A stretch of 64,000 nucleotides of DNA from Steroidobacteraceae bacterium (GCA_019634895.1 JAHCAM010000008.1:4785-68784), one strand, 5' to 3'. Positions 1 through 11,790 are shown, counted from the stretch's first letter. A program made the numbers and translations. Notes: generated from the letters alone by a model not told the origin.

Positions 1-111
1 GAGCGCATCCGGGAGCGCCTGGGATGGCAGCCGCGGCATCAGGACATCGCCGGGATCGTGCGCTCGGCCCTCGCCTGGGAGCAGCGACTCCTGCGCCAGC
101 CGGCGGCCTGA
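1..111 (+). CDS. 3' end of an NAD-dependent sugar epimerase (GalE-like), truncated by the window edge
   Basis: Frame 1 is open from base 1 to TGA at 109-111. It translates to ERIRERLGWQPRHQDIAGIVRSALAWEQRLLRQPAA, which resembles the C-terminal LGW.P....I...AW.W tail of UDP-glucose 4-epimerases. Only 36 aa are visible. Confidence 0.35.
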   Translation, partial: ERIRERLGWQPRHQDIAGIVRSALAWEQRLLRQPAA

Positions 112-126
112 CGGTACCATAGGCAG

Positions 127-1578
127 ATGGCCAGCCTCCGCCCACGCTCGCTCAGTGGGCTGCTCTCCGCGGCGCTGCTGCTGATCGTGCTGCCGCTGAC
201 CGCCGCCGTCGTGTACGGCGGCGTGCAGCTGCGGCAGCTGTCCCGCACCAGCGACGCGCTGGTGCGCGACAGCATCGGCCTGACCCAGCACACCCAGGTC
301 CTGTTCCAGAACATCGCCGCCATGGAGCGTTCCGCGAGCCTTTACGCCGTGCTCGAGGACCCGCGCCTCGCCACGGCCTTCAGCACCAACGAGCGTGCCC
401 TGGAAGCCACGCTCGACCGGCTCGAGCCCCTCGCCCCGCCGATCGAGATCGCCCGCGTGCGCGCGGCCGCCCGCGCCAGCTCCGTGCTGGTCCACGGCGC
501 GCGCGGCGCCGAGCTGTCGGCGGGCCTCGTCGGCCGTTTCGACGTGCTCGGGGCCGAAGCCAACGCGCTTGCCGACCAGACTCGCCGGGCCATCGACACG
601 CGGCTGGAAGCGGCGGCCGAGCGCGCCGACGCCACGCGGCGCTGGCTGCTGTGGGCCATCATGGCCCTGGTGCCGGCCGCGATCGTCCTGGTGGCCATGT
701 TCTTCTTCTACGTGGTCCGGCCGCTGCGCGCCATCGACCGCGCCATCAGCGACCTCGGCCGCGGCGTGTTCTCGCAGCCGATCGCGATCCGCGGGCCCGC
801 CGACCTCGCCGCACTCGGCCGCCAGCTCGAGTGGCTGCGCACGCGCCTGCTCGAGATCGCGATGGAGCGCAACCGCTTCCTGCGCCACATGTCGCACGAG
901 CTGAAGACGCCGCTCGCCAACATCCGCGAGGGCACCGACCTGCTGCTCGACGGCGCGGTGGGGGACCTGGACGACAGCCAGCGCGAGGTCGCCACGATCC
1001 TGCGCGACAATGCGGTGCGCCTGCAGCACCTGATCGAGAACCTGCTGTCCTACAGCGCCTGGCAGTCGAGCGCCAGCACGATCGAGCTGACGCAGTTCCG
1101 GCTCGAGTCGCTGGTCGGCGCGGTGGTGGACAGCCAGCGGCTCGCGCTGGCGGCGCGGGAGGTCACGCTCGACCTGCAGGTCGCCGACCTGCAGCTGGTC
1201 GCGGACCGGCCCAAGCTCAAGCTGGTGCTCGACAACCTGCTCTCGAACGCGCTCAAGTTCACGCCGCGCGGCGGCACCATCCACCTGCACGCCTACCAGG
1301 CGGGCCGTTCGACGATCATCGACCTGGCCGATACCGGCCCCGGCATCCCGCGCGAGGAACGCGACAAGATCTTCCAGGCCTTCTACTCGGGGCAGACGCC
1401 GCAGGGCGGCCCGATCAAGGGCACCGGCATCGGGCTCTCGGTGGTGCGCGAGTTCGTGCAGGCGCACGGCGGCACGATCGAGATCGTGGACGGCCAGTTC
1501 TCCGGCGCGCACCTGCGCATCCGCCTGCCCATCCAGCAGCGCAAGGAAAGCAGCAAGGAGGCCGCCCATGCCGCGTAG
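127..1578 (+). CDS. Sensor histidine kinase (two TM segments, HAMP, HisKA, HATPase_c), GlrK/QseE-like
   Basis: 483 aa ORF. N-terminal TM LLSAALLLIVLPLTAAVVY, second TM WLLWAIMALVPAAIVLVAMFFFYVV followed by HAMP. H-box FLRHMSHELKTPLANI. N/G boxes LLSNALKFTP, DTGPGIP, GTGIGLSVV. Periplasmic AAMERSASLYAVLEDPRLA resembles my memory of GlrK. Confidence 0.85.
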   Translation: MASLRPRSLSGLLSAALLLIVLPLTAAVVYGGVQLRQLSRTSDALVRDSIGLTQHTQVLFQNIAAMERSASLYAVLEDPRLATAFSTNERALEATLDRLEPLAPPIEIARVRAAARASSVLVHGARGAELSAGLVGRFDVLGAEANALADQTRRAIDTRLEAAAERADATRRWLLWAIMALVPAAIVLVAMFFFYVVRPLRAIDRAISDLGRGVFSQPIAIRGPADLAALGRQLEWLRTRLLEIAMERNRFLRHMSHELKTPLANIREGTDLLLDGAVGDLDDSQREVATILRDNAVRLQHLIENLLSYSAWQSSASTIELTQFRLESLVGAVVDSQRLALAAREVTLDLQVADLQLVADRPKLKLVLDNLLSNALKFTPRGGTIHLHAYQAGRSTIIDLADTGPGIPREERDKIFQAFYSGQTPQGGPIKGTGIGLSVVREFVQAHGGTIEIVDGQFSGAHLRIRLPIQQRKESSKEAAHAA

Positions 1579-2173
1579 CGGGTGGCTGGCACTGGCGCTC
1601 GCGGCTGGTCTGGCCGCGGGCTGTTCCGCCGTGGACGACTGGTCCGGTCTCGGGCGCAAGCCCAGCTCCGCGCCGCCTCCGGCACTCGACGATGGCACAG
1701 TCGTCGCCGCCTACCTCGTGACGCTCGAGCGCCTGGGCCGCGGTGGCGCCGCCGAACAGGCCGAAATCCTGGAGTCGTCGCGCTCTGCCTACCTGGCGGA
1801 TCCTTCGACCCGCCATCGCCTGCGCTACGCCTTCGTGCTCGCGGTGCCCGGCCATGCCGGCGCCGACGCTGCCGGGGCGCGGACCCTGCTCGGCGAGGCG
1901 CTCGCCGTTCCCGAGACCCTGCTCGCCTCGGAACGGGCGCTGGCGGAACTCATGGTGCGCGACCTGGACGCGCGCCTCGCCCTCGCCCAGGAGAATGCGA
2001 CCTTGCGCGCCGATACGAGCACCGGCGAGCGCGACCGCATCGCCAGCCTGAACCGCCGCCTGCAGCAGGAAACCGCCGAAAAGGAGCGGCTGCGGCGCGA
2101 ACTGGAAGAGGCGCGCGCCAAGCTCGACGCAATCGCGGCGCTGGAGGGCGGCTCCGCCGCGCGCCAGCCATGA
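1568..2173 (+). CDS. Lipoprotein with C-terminal coiled coil, positioned like QseG/YfhG between kinase and regulator
   Basis: 201 aa. Signal peptide plus lipobox LAAGC. Ala/Leu/Arg/Glu-rich C-terminus (NRRLQQETAEKERLRRELEEARAKLDAI). Overlaps the kinase stop by 11 nt and the regulator start by 4 nt (ATGA). Confidence 0.6.
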   Translation: MPRSGWLALALAAGLAAGCSAVDDWSGLGRKPSSAPPPALDDGTVVAAYLVTLERLGRGGAAEQAEILESSRSAYLADPSTRHRLRYAFVLAVPGHAGADAAGARTLLGEALAVPETLLASERALAELMVRDLDARLALAQENATLRADTSTGERDRIASLNRRLQQETAEKERLRRELEEARAKLDAIAALEGGSAARQP

Positions 2174-3456
2174 AGACCCAGCTCGGACGGCGCGCGCGGG
2201 TGGTGATCGTGGACGACGATCCGGGGCTGCTGCGCCTGCTGACGATCCGCCTGCGCTCCGAGGGTTTCGAAGTCGCCGCCTGCGAGAATGCCGCGCAGGC
2301 GCTCTCGTCGGTGCCGCGCTTCCACCCCGACGTGCTGGTCACCGACCTGCGCATGAAGGACAAGGACGGCATCCAGCTGCTCAAGGAGTTGCAGGGCCGC
2401 TACCCCGCCCTGCCGGTCATCCTGCTCACCGCCCACGGCACGATCCCGGACGCAGTCACCGCCACCAAGAGCGGCGCCTTCGCCTTTCTGACCAAGCCGG
2501 TCGAGAAGGACCAACTGCTCGAGCAGATCGAGGCCGCGCTCAAGGTCTCGGGCTTCGCCACCGTCACCGAGGACTGGCGCGCCGGCATCGTCACCCGCAA
2601 CCCGGTCATGGAGGAACGCCTGTCGCAGGCGCTGATGGCGGCGGGATCCGACGCCCCGGTCCTGCTCACCGGCGGCCCCGGCTCGGGCAAGATGCAGCTG
2701 GCGCGCGCCATTCACCAGGCCAGCCCGCGCCGCGGCGCGCGGTTCTCGACGCTCGCCTGCGCGACCGCGACGCTCGAGTCGTTGCAGTCCGCCCTGATCG
2801 GCCGGCGCGAAGCCGACGCGCCGCCGCCGCAGGACGCCCCGCGCGGCACGCTGTTCCTCGACGAAGTCGCCGACCTGCCGCTCGATCTGCAGCTCTCGCT
2901 CAACGGCCTGCTGGATACGGAACCCACGCGCATCATTTCCGGCACCGCGCGGAACCTGCAGGAACTGGTGACCCGCGGCAAGTTCCGCGAGGATCTGTTC
3001 TACCGGCTGAGCGTGACGCGCATTGATCTGCCGCCGCTATCGCAACGCCGGGACGACGTGCCGCTGCTCGCCGCGCATTTCCTTGACGAGTACGGGCGCC
3101 AGGCCGGCCATCGCCACGTGCTCGCGCCGGAGGCGCTCGAACTCCTGATGGTCGGCGACTGGCCCGGCAACGTGCGCCAGCTGCAGACGCTCATCCAGCA
3201 CGCGGCGTCGCTCGCGACCGGGCCGGTGATCAGCGCGGAACTGGTGCAGCGGGCGCTCGGCAGCGGCACCGCGCCGCAGCTTTCGACCTTCGACCAGGCG
3301 CGCGACGAGTTCATGCGCAACTACCTGGTGCAGCTCCTGCAGATCACGCGGGGGAATGTGACGCAGGCCGCAAAGCTGGCGGGGCGCAACCGCACGGATT
3401 TCTACAAACTGTTGAATCGCCACGGCGTGCAGCCGGACGATTTCAAGCATAATTGA
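2170..3456 (+). CDS. NtrC-family response regulator (REC + degenerate AAA+ + Fis HTH), GlrR/QseF-like
   Basis: In-frame ATG at 2170 inside the 624-aa ORF, overlapping the upstream TGA. REC motifs VVIVDDD, LVTDLRM, FLTKP. Walker A GGPGSGK, Walker B LFLDEV. C-terminal LLQITRGNVTQAAKLAGRNRTDFYKLLNRHGV. The GAFTGA loop is absent (see finding). Confidence 0.85.
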   Translation: MKTQLGRRARVVIVDDDPGLLRLLTIRLRSEGFEVAACENAAQALSSVPRFHPDVLVTDLRMKDKDGIQLLKELQGRYPALPVILLTAHGTIPDAVTATKSGAFAFLTKPVEKDQLLEQIEAALKVSGFATVTEDWRAGIVTRNPVMEERLSQALMAAGSDAPVLLTGGPGSGKMQLARAIHQASPRRGARFSTLACATATLESLQSALIGRREADAPPPQDAPRGTLFLDEVADLPLDLQLSLNGLLDTEPTRIISGTARNLQELVTRGKFREDLFYRLSVTRIDLPPLSQRRDDVPLLAAHFLDEYGRQAGHRHVLAPEALELLMVGDWPGNVRQLQTLIQHAASLATGPVISAELVQRALGSGTAPQLSTFDQARDEFMRNYLVQLLQITRGNVTQAAKLAGRNRTDFYKLLNRHGVQPDDFKHN

Positions 3457-3463
3457 ACCACGT

Positions 3464-3910
3464 ATGTCCGCCGAAACCCGCGACAAGGGCACCCTTGCCG
3501 ACCTGACCGCGCACGCTTCCGGCCCCGAAGGGGGCTCGAACCGCGCCTTCGGCATCGTCTTCGCCGTCGTTTTCGCCATCATCGCAGCCTGGCCGCTGAT
3601 GAAGGGCGGGCCTGTGAGGCTCTGGGCGGCCGCCATTGCCGCGATCTTCCTCTTGCTGGCGCTCGCCCTGCCGCGCGTCCTCGCGCCGCTGAATCGCCTG
3701 TGGATGGCGTTCGGCCTGCTGCTGGGGCGCATCGTCAGCCCGATCATGTTGTTCCTGGTTTATGTCATCGCGGTCGTGCCCACCGGCCTGATCATGCGGA
3801 TGTTCGGCAAGGACCCGCTGCATCGGCGCTTCGACCCCGCCGCGACCAGTTACTGGGTGCATCGGGTGCCACCCGGCAAGCCCGATGGCACCATGACCCG
3901 CCAGTTCTGA
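3464..3910 (+). CDS. SxtJ-family small membrane protein
   Basis: 148 aa with two hydrophobic helices (FGIVFAVVFAIIAAWPL, LWAAAIAAIFLLLALAL). It sits just upstream of a DUF5989-like micro-ORF and a carbamoyltransferase, the arrangement I recall for sxtJ-sxtK-sxtI homologues. Confidence 0.55.
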   Translation: MSAETRDKGTLADLTAHASGPEGGSNRAFGIVFAVVFAIIAAWPLMKGGPVRLWAAAIAAIFLLLALALPRVLAPLNRLWMAFGLLLGRIVSPIMLFLVYVIAVVPTGLIMRMFGKDPLHRRFDPAATSYWVHRVPPGKPDGTMTRQF

Positions 3911-3924
3911 GGAGGCCGCGCACA

Positions 3925-4077
3925 ATGATGTCCTTCCTGAAAGAGTTCTGGGCCTTCCTCCGGGTGCGCAAGAAGTTCTGGCTGGCGCCCACGCTGATCG
4001 CCATGGCACTGCTCGGCGCGCTGATCGTGCTGTCGCAGGGATCGGCGGTCGCCCCGTTCATCTACACGCTCTTCTGA
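3925..4077 (+). CDS. DUF5989 / SxtK-like 50-aa membrane peptide
   Basis: ATG at 3925 preceded by GGAGG at 3911-3915. Peptide MMSFLKEFWAFLRVRKKFWLAPTLIAMALLGALIVLSQGSAVAPFIYTLF, a single TM. It ends 1 nt before the carbamoyltransferase start. Confidence 0.6.
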   Translation: MMSFLKEFWAFLRVRKKFWLAPTLIAMALLGALIVLSQGSAVAPFIYTLF

Positions 4078-4078
4078 C

Positions 4079-5917
4079 GTGAAGTACGTCCTCGGCATCT
4101 CCGCGTACTATCACGACAGCGCGGCGGCCCTGCTGCGCGACGGCGAAATCGTCGCGGCCGCGCAGGAAGAGCGCTTCTCGCGCAGGAAGCACGACGCGCG
4201 CTTTCCGCACCACGCGGTTGCGTACTGTCTGGCCGAGGCCGGCATCGGGGCAGCGGATCTCGACCACGTCGCCTTCTACGACAAGCCGTTCCTGAAGTTC
4301 GAGCGCCTGCTCGAGACCTACCTTGCCTTCGCGCCGCGCGGCTTCCGGTCCTTCCGCATCGCCATCCCGGTCTGGCTGCGTGAGAAGCTGTTCCTCAAGG
4401 ACCTGCTGATCCGCGAACTGAAGAAGGTGGATGCCGGCGCGCCGTGGTTCGAGAAGCTGTTGTTCGGCGAGCACCACCTGAGCCACGCCGCGAGCGCGTT
4501 CTATCCCTCGCCGTTCGAGGAAGCGGCTGTGCTCACGCTCGACGGCGTCGGCGAATGGGCAACCAGTTCTCTCGCGATCGGCCGCGGCAACCGGCTCGAG
4601 ATGCAGCGGGAGATCCACTTCCCGCACTCGATCGGGCTGCTCTACTCCGCCTTCACCTACTACACCGGCTTCAAGGTCAACTCCGGGGAGTACAAGGTCA
4701 TGGGGCTCGCGCCCTACGGCGAGCCGAAGTACGCGGACCTGATCCTGGAGCACCTGCTGGATCTCAAGGAGGACGGATCGTTCCGTCTCGACCAGCAGTA
4801 CTTCGACTACTGCACCGGCCTGACAATGACGAATGCGAAGTTCGCCGAGCTGTTCGGCGGCCCGCGCCGCAAGCCCGAGGAGCTGCTGACGCAGAAGCAC
4901 ATGGACCTGGCGGCCTCGGTGCAGAAGGTGACCGAGGAAGTGATGCTGCGCCTGACGCGATCCGTCGCCCGGGAGACCGGACAGCAGAATCTCTGCCTCG
5001 CCGGCGGCGTCGCGCTCAACTGCGTCGCCAACGGCAAGATCCTGCGCGACGGCGCATTCAGGCGGATCTGGATCCAGCCCGCTGCGGGCGACGCCGGCGG
5101 CGCGCTGGGCGCTGCGCTCTCGACCTATTACGGGATGCTCGAGGGCGAGCGAACCCGCAGCAACGGCCACGACCGGATGCGGGGCGCCTATCTCGGGCCG
5201 GCGTTCGCGCAGCACGATATCGAGCAGCGGCTGACCGCGGCCGGAGCGAAGTTCGATCGCCTGAGCGAGGCCGACATGATCGCCCGCGCGGCCCGCGACC
5301 TGGCCGACGGCAAGGCCCTGGGCTGGTTCCAGGGCCGCATGGAGTTCGGGCCGCGCGCGCTCGGCGGCCGCTCGATCCTGGGCGACGCCCGTTCGCCGAC
5401 CATGCAGAAGATGCTGAACCTCAAGGTCAAGTACCGCGAGTCATTCCGCCCTTTCGCGCCGGCGGTGCTGCGCGAAGACGTCGCCGACTGGTTCGAACTC
5501 GACGACGACAGCCCGTACATGCTGCTGGTCGCGGACGTGGTCAGGAACCGCCGCCGTGCGATGACGGAGGCCGAGCAGGCATTGTTCGGCATCGACAAGC
5601 TGAACGTGCCGCGCTCCGACATCCCCGCCGTCACGCACGTGGACTACTCGGCGCGCGTGCAGACCGTTCACGAGGACACGAACCCGCGCTATTACGCGCT
5701 CCTGCGCCAGTTCAAGCAGCTGACAGGTTGCCCGGTGATCGTCAATACGAGCTTCAACGTGCGCGGCGAGCCGATCGTCGGGTCACCGGAGGACGCGTTC
5801 CGCTGCTTCATGGGCACGGAGATCGATGTGCTCACCGTCGGCAACTGCTATCTGGAGAAACTACGGCAGTCTCCTTCGCTAAAGGTTGACTACAAGGACG
5901 CGTTTGAACTGGACTGA
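4079..5917 (+). CDS. Carbamoyltransferase, NodU/CmcH family
   Basis: 612 aa, GTG start. N-terminal MKYVLGISAYYHDSAAALLRDGEIVAAAQEERFSRRKHD; later GGVALNCVANG, FGPRALGGRSILGDARS, VNTSFNVRGEPIV. These are typical of NodU/CmcH O-carbamoyltransferases. Confidence 0.9.
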   Translation: MKYVLGISAYYHDSAAALLRDGEIVAAAQEERFSRRKHDARFPHHAVAYCLAEAGIGAADLDHVAFYDKPFLKFERLLETYLAFAPRGFRSFRIAIPVWLREKLFLKDLLIRELKKVDAGAPWFEKLLFGEHHLSHAASAFYPSPFEEAAVLTLDGVGEWATSSLAIGRGNRLEMQREIHFPHSIGLLYSAFTYYTGFKVNSGEYKVMGLAPYGEPKYADLILEHLLDLKEDGSFRLDQQYFDYCTGLTMTNAKFAELFGGPRRKPEELLTQKHMDLAASVQKVTEEVMLRLTRSVARETGQQNLCLAGGVALNCVANGKILRDGAFRRIWIQPAAGDAGGALGAALSTYYGMLEGERTRSNGHDRMRGAYLGPAFAQHDIEQRLTAAGAKFDRLSEADMIARAARDLADGKALGWFQGRMEFGPRALGGRSILGDARSPTMQKMLNLKVKYRESFRPFAPAVLREDVADWFELDDDSPYMLLVADVVRNRRRAMTEAEQALFGIDKLNVPRSDIPAVTHVDYSARVQTVHEDTNPRYYALLRQFKQLTGCPVIVNTSFNVRGEPIVGSPEDAFRCFMGTEIDVLTVGNCYLEKLRQSPSLKVDYKDAFELD

Positions 5918-5947
5918 TTGCTTGACGTTCGGGCTGCCGCGTGGGCG

Positions 5948-8881
<2,934 letters not shown>

Positions 8882-8891
8882 GACAATGACC

Positions 8892-10037
8892 TTAAAGCTT
8901 CAAACCACGTGCAATGATGTTACGCTGGATCTCCGATGTCCCGGAGTAGAGCGTGCTGCCGACCGAATCCCGCAGATCGCATTCGACCAGTTGCTCCGTC
9001 ATGTAACCATATCCGCCGAATACCTGGATCGCATCGAGACAGGATTTCACGTAGCACTCGGACACGTGCAGCTTGGCGATCGCTGCCTCCGTCGTCGCAT
9101 CGCGACCCGCATCCTTCAGCTCGCCGATCCGGTACACGAGCGGCCGGCAGGTGTCGAGGCGGACACGCATGTCCACCAGCCGGTTCGCCACCGACTGGAA
9201 TTTCCCGATTGGCTTGCCGAATTGCTTCCGGCTGCGCGCGTGCGCGAGACACTCCTCGAGCTGGCGCTCCATGGCGCCCAGGCAGCTCGCGAGGATGCAA
9301 CCGCGCTCCCATTCCATGGAACACTCAAAGACCGGCACGCCGCGCCCCTCGCGTCCCAGCCGCTGGGATGCCGGCACCCGGCAATCCTCCATGATGAGTT
9401 CCGCCATCGGCGACGTGCGCAGCCCCATCTTCTCCAGCTTGCGGCCCACGCGCAGCCCCGGCGTGCCCTTCTCGATGATGAAGGCCGTAATGCCGGTCGC
9501 GCCCAGGGCGGGATCCACCGTGGCGTAGACGACGAACAGGTCGGCGACCGGCGCATTGGTCACGAACATCTTGGTGCCTGTCAGCACGTAACCGTCGCCA
9601 TCCCGCAGTGCGCGCGTCCGCAGGCTGAAGATATCGGAACCTGCATCAGGCTCCGATGCGCCATTCGCGCCGATCAGACTGCCGTCGCAAAGGGGGCGAA
9701 GGTACTTATCCTTTTGTTGCGCGGTGCCGAACTTCAGGATGGGAATCGAGTTGGTCCACAGGTGGGCGTTCAGCGAGAACAGCAGTCCCTGGTCCCGCGT
9801 GCCGCGGCCGAGACCCTCCATCACCGCCAACAGGTCGGACAGTCCCAGTCCCATGCCGCCGAACTGCGGCGGGATCGGCATGCCGAGCACGCCGAATTCG
9901 GCGCATCGCCGCCATGCGTCACGATCGAACTCGCCGGTGCGCTCGCGCCGTGCCAGGTCCTTGCCCAGCGCCGATCGCGCAAACTGCTCCGCCGCTTCGC
10001 GCAGCCTGGTCCGTTCCTCGCTCAGTTCAAGTTGCAC
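8892..10037 (-). CDS. Acyl-CoA dehydrogenase-family flavoprotein, likely acting on a carrier-protein-bound substrate
   Basis: 381 aa. ASEPDAGSDIFS, FVTNAPVADLF, FIIEKGTPGL, RKQFGKPIGKFQSVANRLVDM, SGTSEIQRNIIARGL. It lies 20 nt downstream of the adenylating enzyme. Confidence 0.85.
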   Translation of the reverse strand: MQLELSEERTRLREAAEQFARSALGKDLARRERTGEFDRDAWRRCAEFGVLGMPIPPQFGGMGLGLSDLLAVMEGLGRGTRDQGLLFSLNAHLWTNSIPILKFGTAQQKDKYLRPLCDGSLIGANGASEPDAGSDIFSLRTRALRDGDGYVLTGTKMFVTNAPVADLFVVYATVDPALGATGITAFIIEKGTPGLRVGRKLEKMGLRTSPMAELIMEDCRVPASQRLGREGRGVPVFECSMEWERGCILASCLGAMERQLEECLAHARSRKQFGKPIGKFQSVANRLVDMRVRLDTCRPLVYRIGELKDAGRDATTEAAIAKLHVSECYVKSCLDAIQVFGGYGYMTEQLVECDLRDSVGSTLYSGTSEIQRNIIARGLKL

Positions 10038-10057
10038 GGGCTCGCTCCGGTTCCGGC

Positions 10058-11548
10058 TCAGGCAATGGCGACGAGACCCTGCAGATCGACCTTGTCCGTG
10101 GACGTCCGCGGCAGGGCTTCAATGACCTTGAACCGGTCCGGGACCATGTAGGGCGGAAGGTTCCGCGACGCATGAGTCTTGAGCGCGATGATGCTCGTCG
10201 CGCGCCCCGGCTGGCAACTCACGAACGCGGTGATGCGGACGCCGGACTCCGGGTCCGGGATGGCGACGGCCGCCGTCTCGCGGATATCGGGATGCCGCGC
10301 GAGCGCCGCCTCGATCTCTCCGAGCTCGACCCGATACCCGCGCCGCTTCACCATGCGGTCGCGGCGTCCGCGATAAGTGAATTCTCCAGGAGGGCCCTCG
10401 GTCACGAGGTCGCCGGTCCGGTACCAACGTCGGCCGTCGCCGCCGGTCAGGAAGGCAGCCGCAGTCAGCTCGGGGCGATTCCAGTAGCCGCGCATGACAT
10501 TCGGCCCGGCGATGAGCAACTCGCCCGTCGCACCGACCGGAACGTCGCCGCCCTGCTCGTCCACTACCCTCGCCGAGTTTGGCGGGCACACGCTGCCGAT
10601 CGGAAAGGAATCGCGCCCCTGCCGGCAATCACCGTCCGGAATCCCGTACCAGGTGCAGACATTCGTTTCCGTCGGCCCATAGAGGTTGTAGTAACGCGGG
10701 TGCGGCCACCGTTCGCGCAGCGCCCGGAACCGCGGCATGGGAAAAACCTCGCCTGCAAACAGGACGGCCCGCAACGCGCCGCAGTCGTGGCGCTCGAGCC
10801 TGCCGTATTCGCACAGCAGATTGAGGATCGATGGCGTCGAGTACCAGTGCGTGATCCGCTCCCCCGCGATCGTCGCCGCAAGCCGCTGCGGATCCTTGCC
10901 GAGGTCCTCGCCGATGAGAACCAGCGTCGCGCCGTGCCGGGCCGGCAAGAACACGTCGAGTATCGAAAGATCGAAATGCAGCGGCGCATGCGAGGAGAAC
11001 ACGTCTTCGCACGTCGGACGAAAGGTCGCGGAACACCAGTCCAGGAAGCTCAGTGCGTTGCCATGCGTGAGGACGACGCCCTTGGGCCTGCCGGTGGATC
11101 CGGACGTGTAGAGAACATAGGCGACGTCGTCCACATTGCAGCTGGTCGTAGCGGTCGCCGGCGCGTCCGGCAGTTCCCGCAGGTCCAGGAGCCGCGGGGA
11201 AACGGACTGCTTTGCCAGTTCCTCCGACAGCGCCTGCCGAGCGCCGGGCTCTGCGATGACGGCCTTGACCTGGCAGTCGCCCAGGATGAACGCGCCGCGC
11301 GCCACCGGGGAATCCGCATCCACGGGAACGTAGGCCGCGCCTGCCTTCAGGATGCCGAATATCGCGGCGACGGCGTCCGGCGACTTGTGCAGCCGCAGAC
11401 CCACGCGATCCCCACGCCCGACGCCGATCTGCCGCAGGCAATTGCGTATCCGGTCCGATCGCGCAGTCAGTTCGGTATGCGTCACCACCGCACCATCGCA
11501 GCGCACCGTGAACGTCGCGCTTTCCGCCAGCAGGTCGCCCAGGCTCAT
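10058..11548 (-). CDS. Stand-alone NRPS-type adenylation enzyme (DltA-like amino acid--carrier protein ligase)
   Basis: Start taken at internal ATG 11548 (MSLGDLL...), which forms an ATGA overlap with the carrier-protein stop. Core motifs YVLYTSGSTGRPKG, FDLSILDVF, NLYGPTETN, GELLIAGPNVMRGY, YRTGDL, GRRDRMVKRRGYRVELGEIE, LPPYMVP, TSTDKVD. Confidence 0.85.
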   Translation of the reverse strand: MSLGDLLAESATFTVRCDGAVVTHTELTARSDRIRNCLRQIGVGRGDRVGLRLHKSPDAVAAIFGILKAGAAYVPVDADSPVARGAFILGDCQVKAVIAEPGARQALSEELAKQSVSPRLLDLRELPDAPATATTSCNVDDVAYVLYTSGSTGRPKGVVLTHGNALSFLDWCSATFRPTCEDVFSSHAPLHFDLSILDVFLPARHGATLVLIGEDLGKDPQRLAATIAGERITHWYSTPSILNLLCEYGRLERHDCGALRAVLFAGEVFPMPRFRALRERWPHPRYYNLYGPTETNVCTWYGIPDGDCRQGRDSFPIGSVCPPNSARVVDEQGGDVPVGATGELLIAGPNVMRGYWNRPELTAAAFLTGGDGRRWYRTGDLVTEGPPGEFTYRGRRDRMVKRRGYRVELGEIEAALARHPDIRETAAVAIPDPESGVRITAFVSCQPGRATSIIALKTHASRNLPPYMVPDRFKVIEALPRTSTDKVDLQGLVAIA

Positions 11549-11790
11549 AACTTCGATTGCACCAGCCGTTGCAGCGCCGCAATGCTCGAAAGGTTTGCAG
11601 GCTCGAGGTCCGCCGCGGCGAACTCGATCGCGAACTGCTCCTCTAGATACGTGACCAGCTTGAGCGTGGACATCGAATCCAGGATCCCGCTCTCCTTCAG
11701 CTCCGTATCGTCGGTCAGGTTCGACGGGTCCTCTCCCGGGAGCAGGTTCTCGAGGATGTACGCCCTGAGCACGGATCTGATGTCGTTCAT
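11545..11790 (-). CDS. Acyl/peptidyl carrier protein (DltC-like)
   Basis: 81 aa from internal ATG 11790 (ATGA overlap with the MBOAT gene stop). Phosphopantetheine site in SGILDSMSTLKLV. Confidence 0.8.
   Translation of the reverse strand: MNDIRSVLRAYILENLLPGEDPSNLTDDTELKESGILDSMSTLKLVTYLEEQFAIEFAAADLEPANLSSIAALQRLVQSKL

Noticed and set aside
8943-8945. The ACAD-like protein has Ser (LYSGTSEIQ) where medium/short-chain ACADs have the catalytic Glu of the YEGT motif. This might indicate an inactive or non-canonical enzyme.
   Set aside because: A Glu in SMEWERGCIL aligns, by eye, with the alternative catalytic-base position used by isovaleryl-CoA and long-chain ACADs (LDLERL). The enzyme may simply use that position. 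It is not safe to call it unusual without an alignment.
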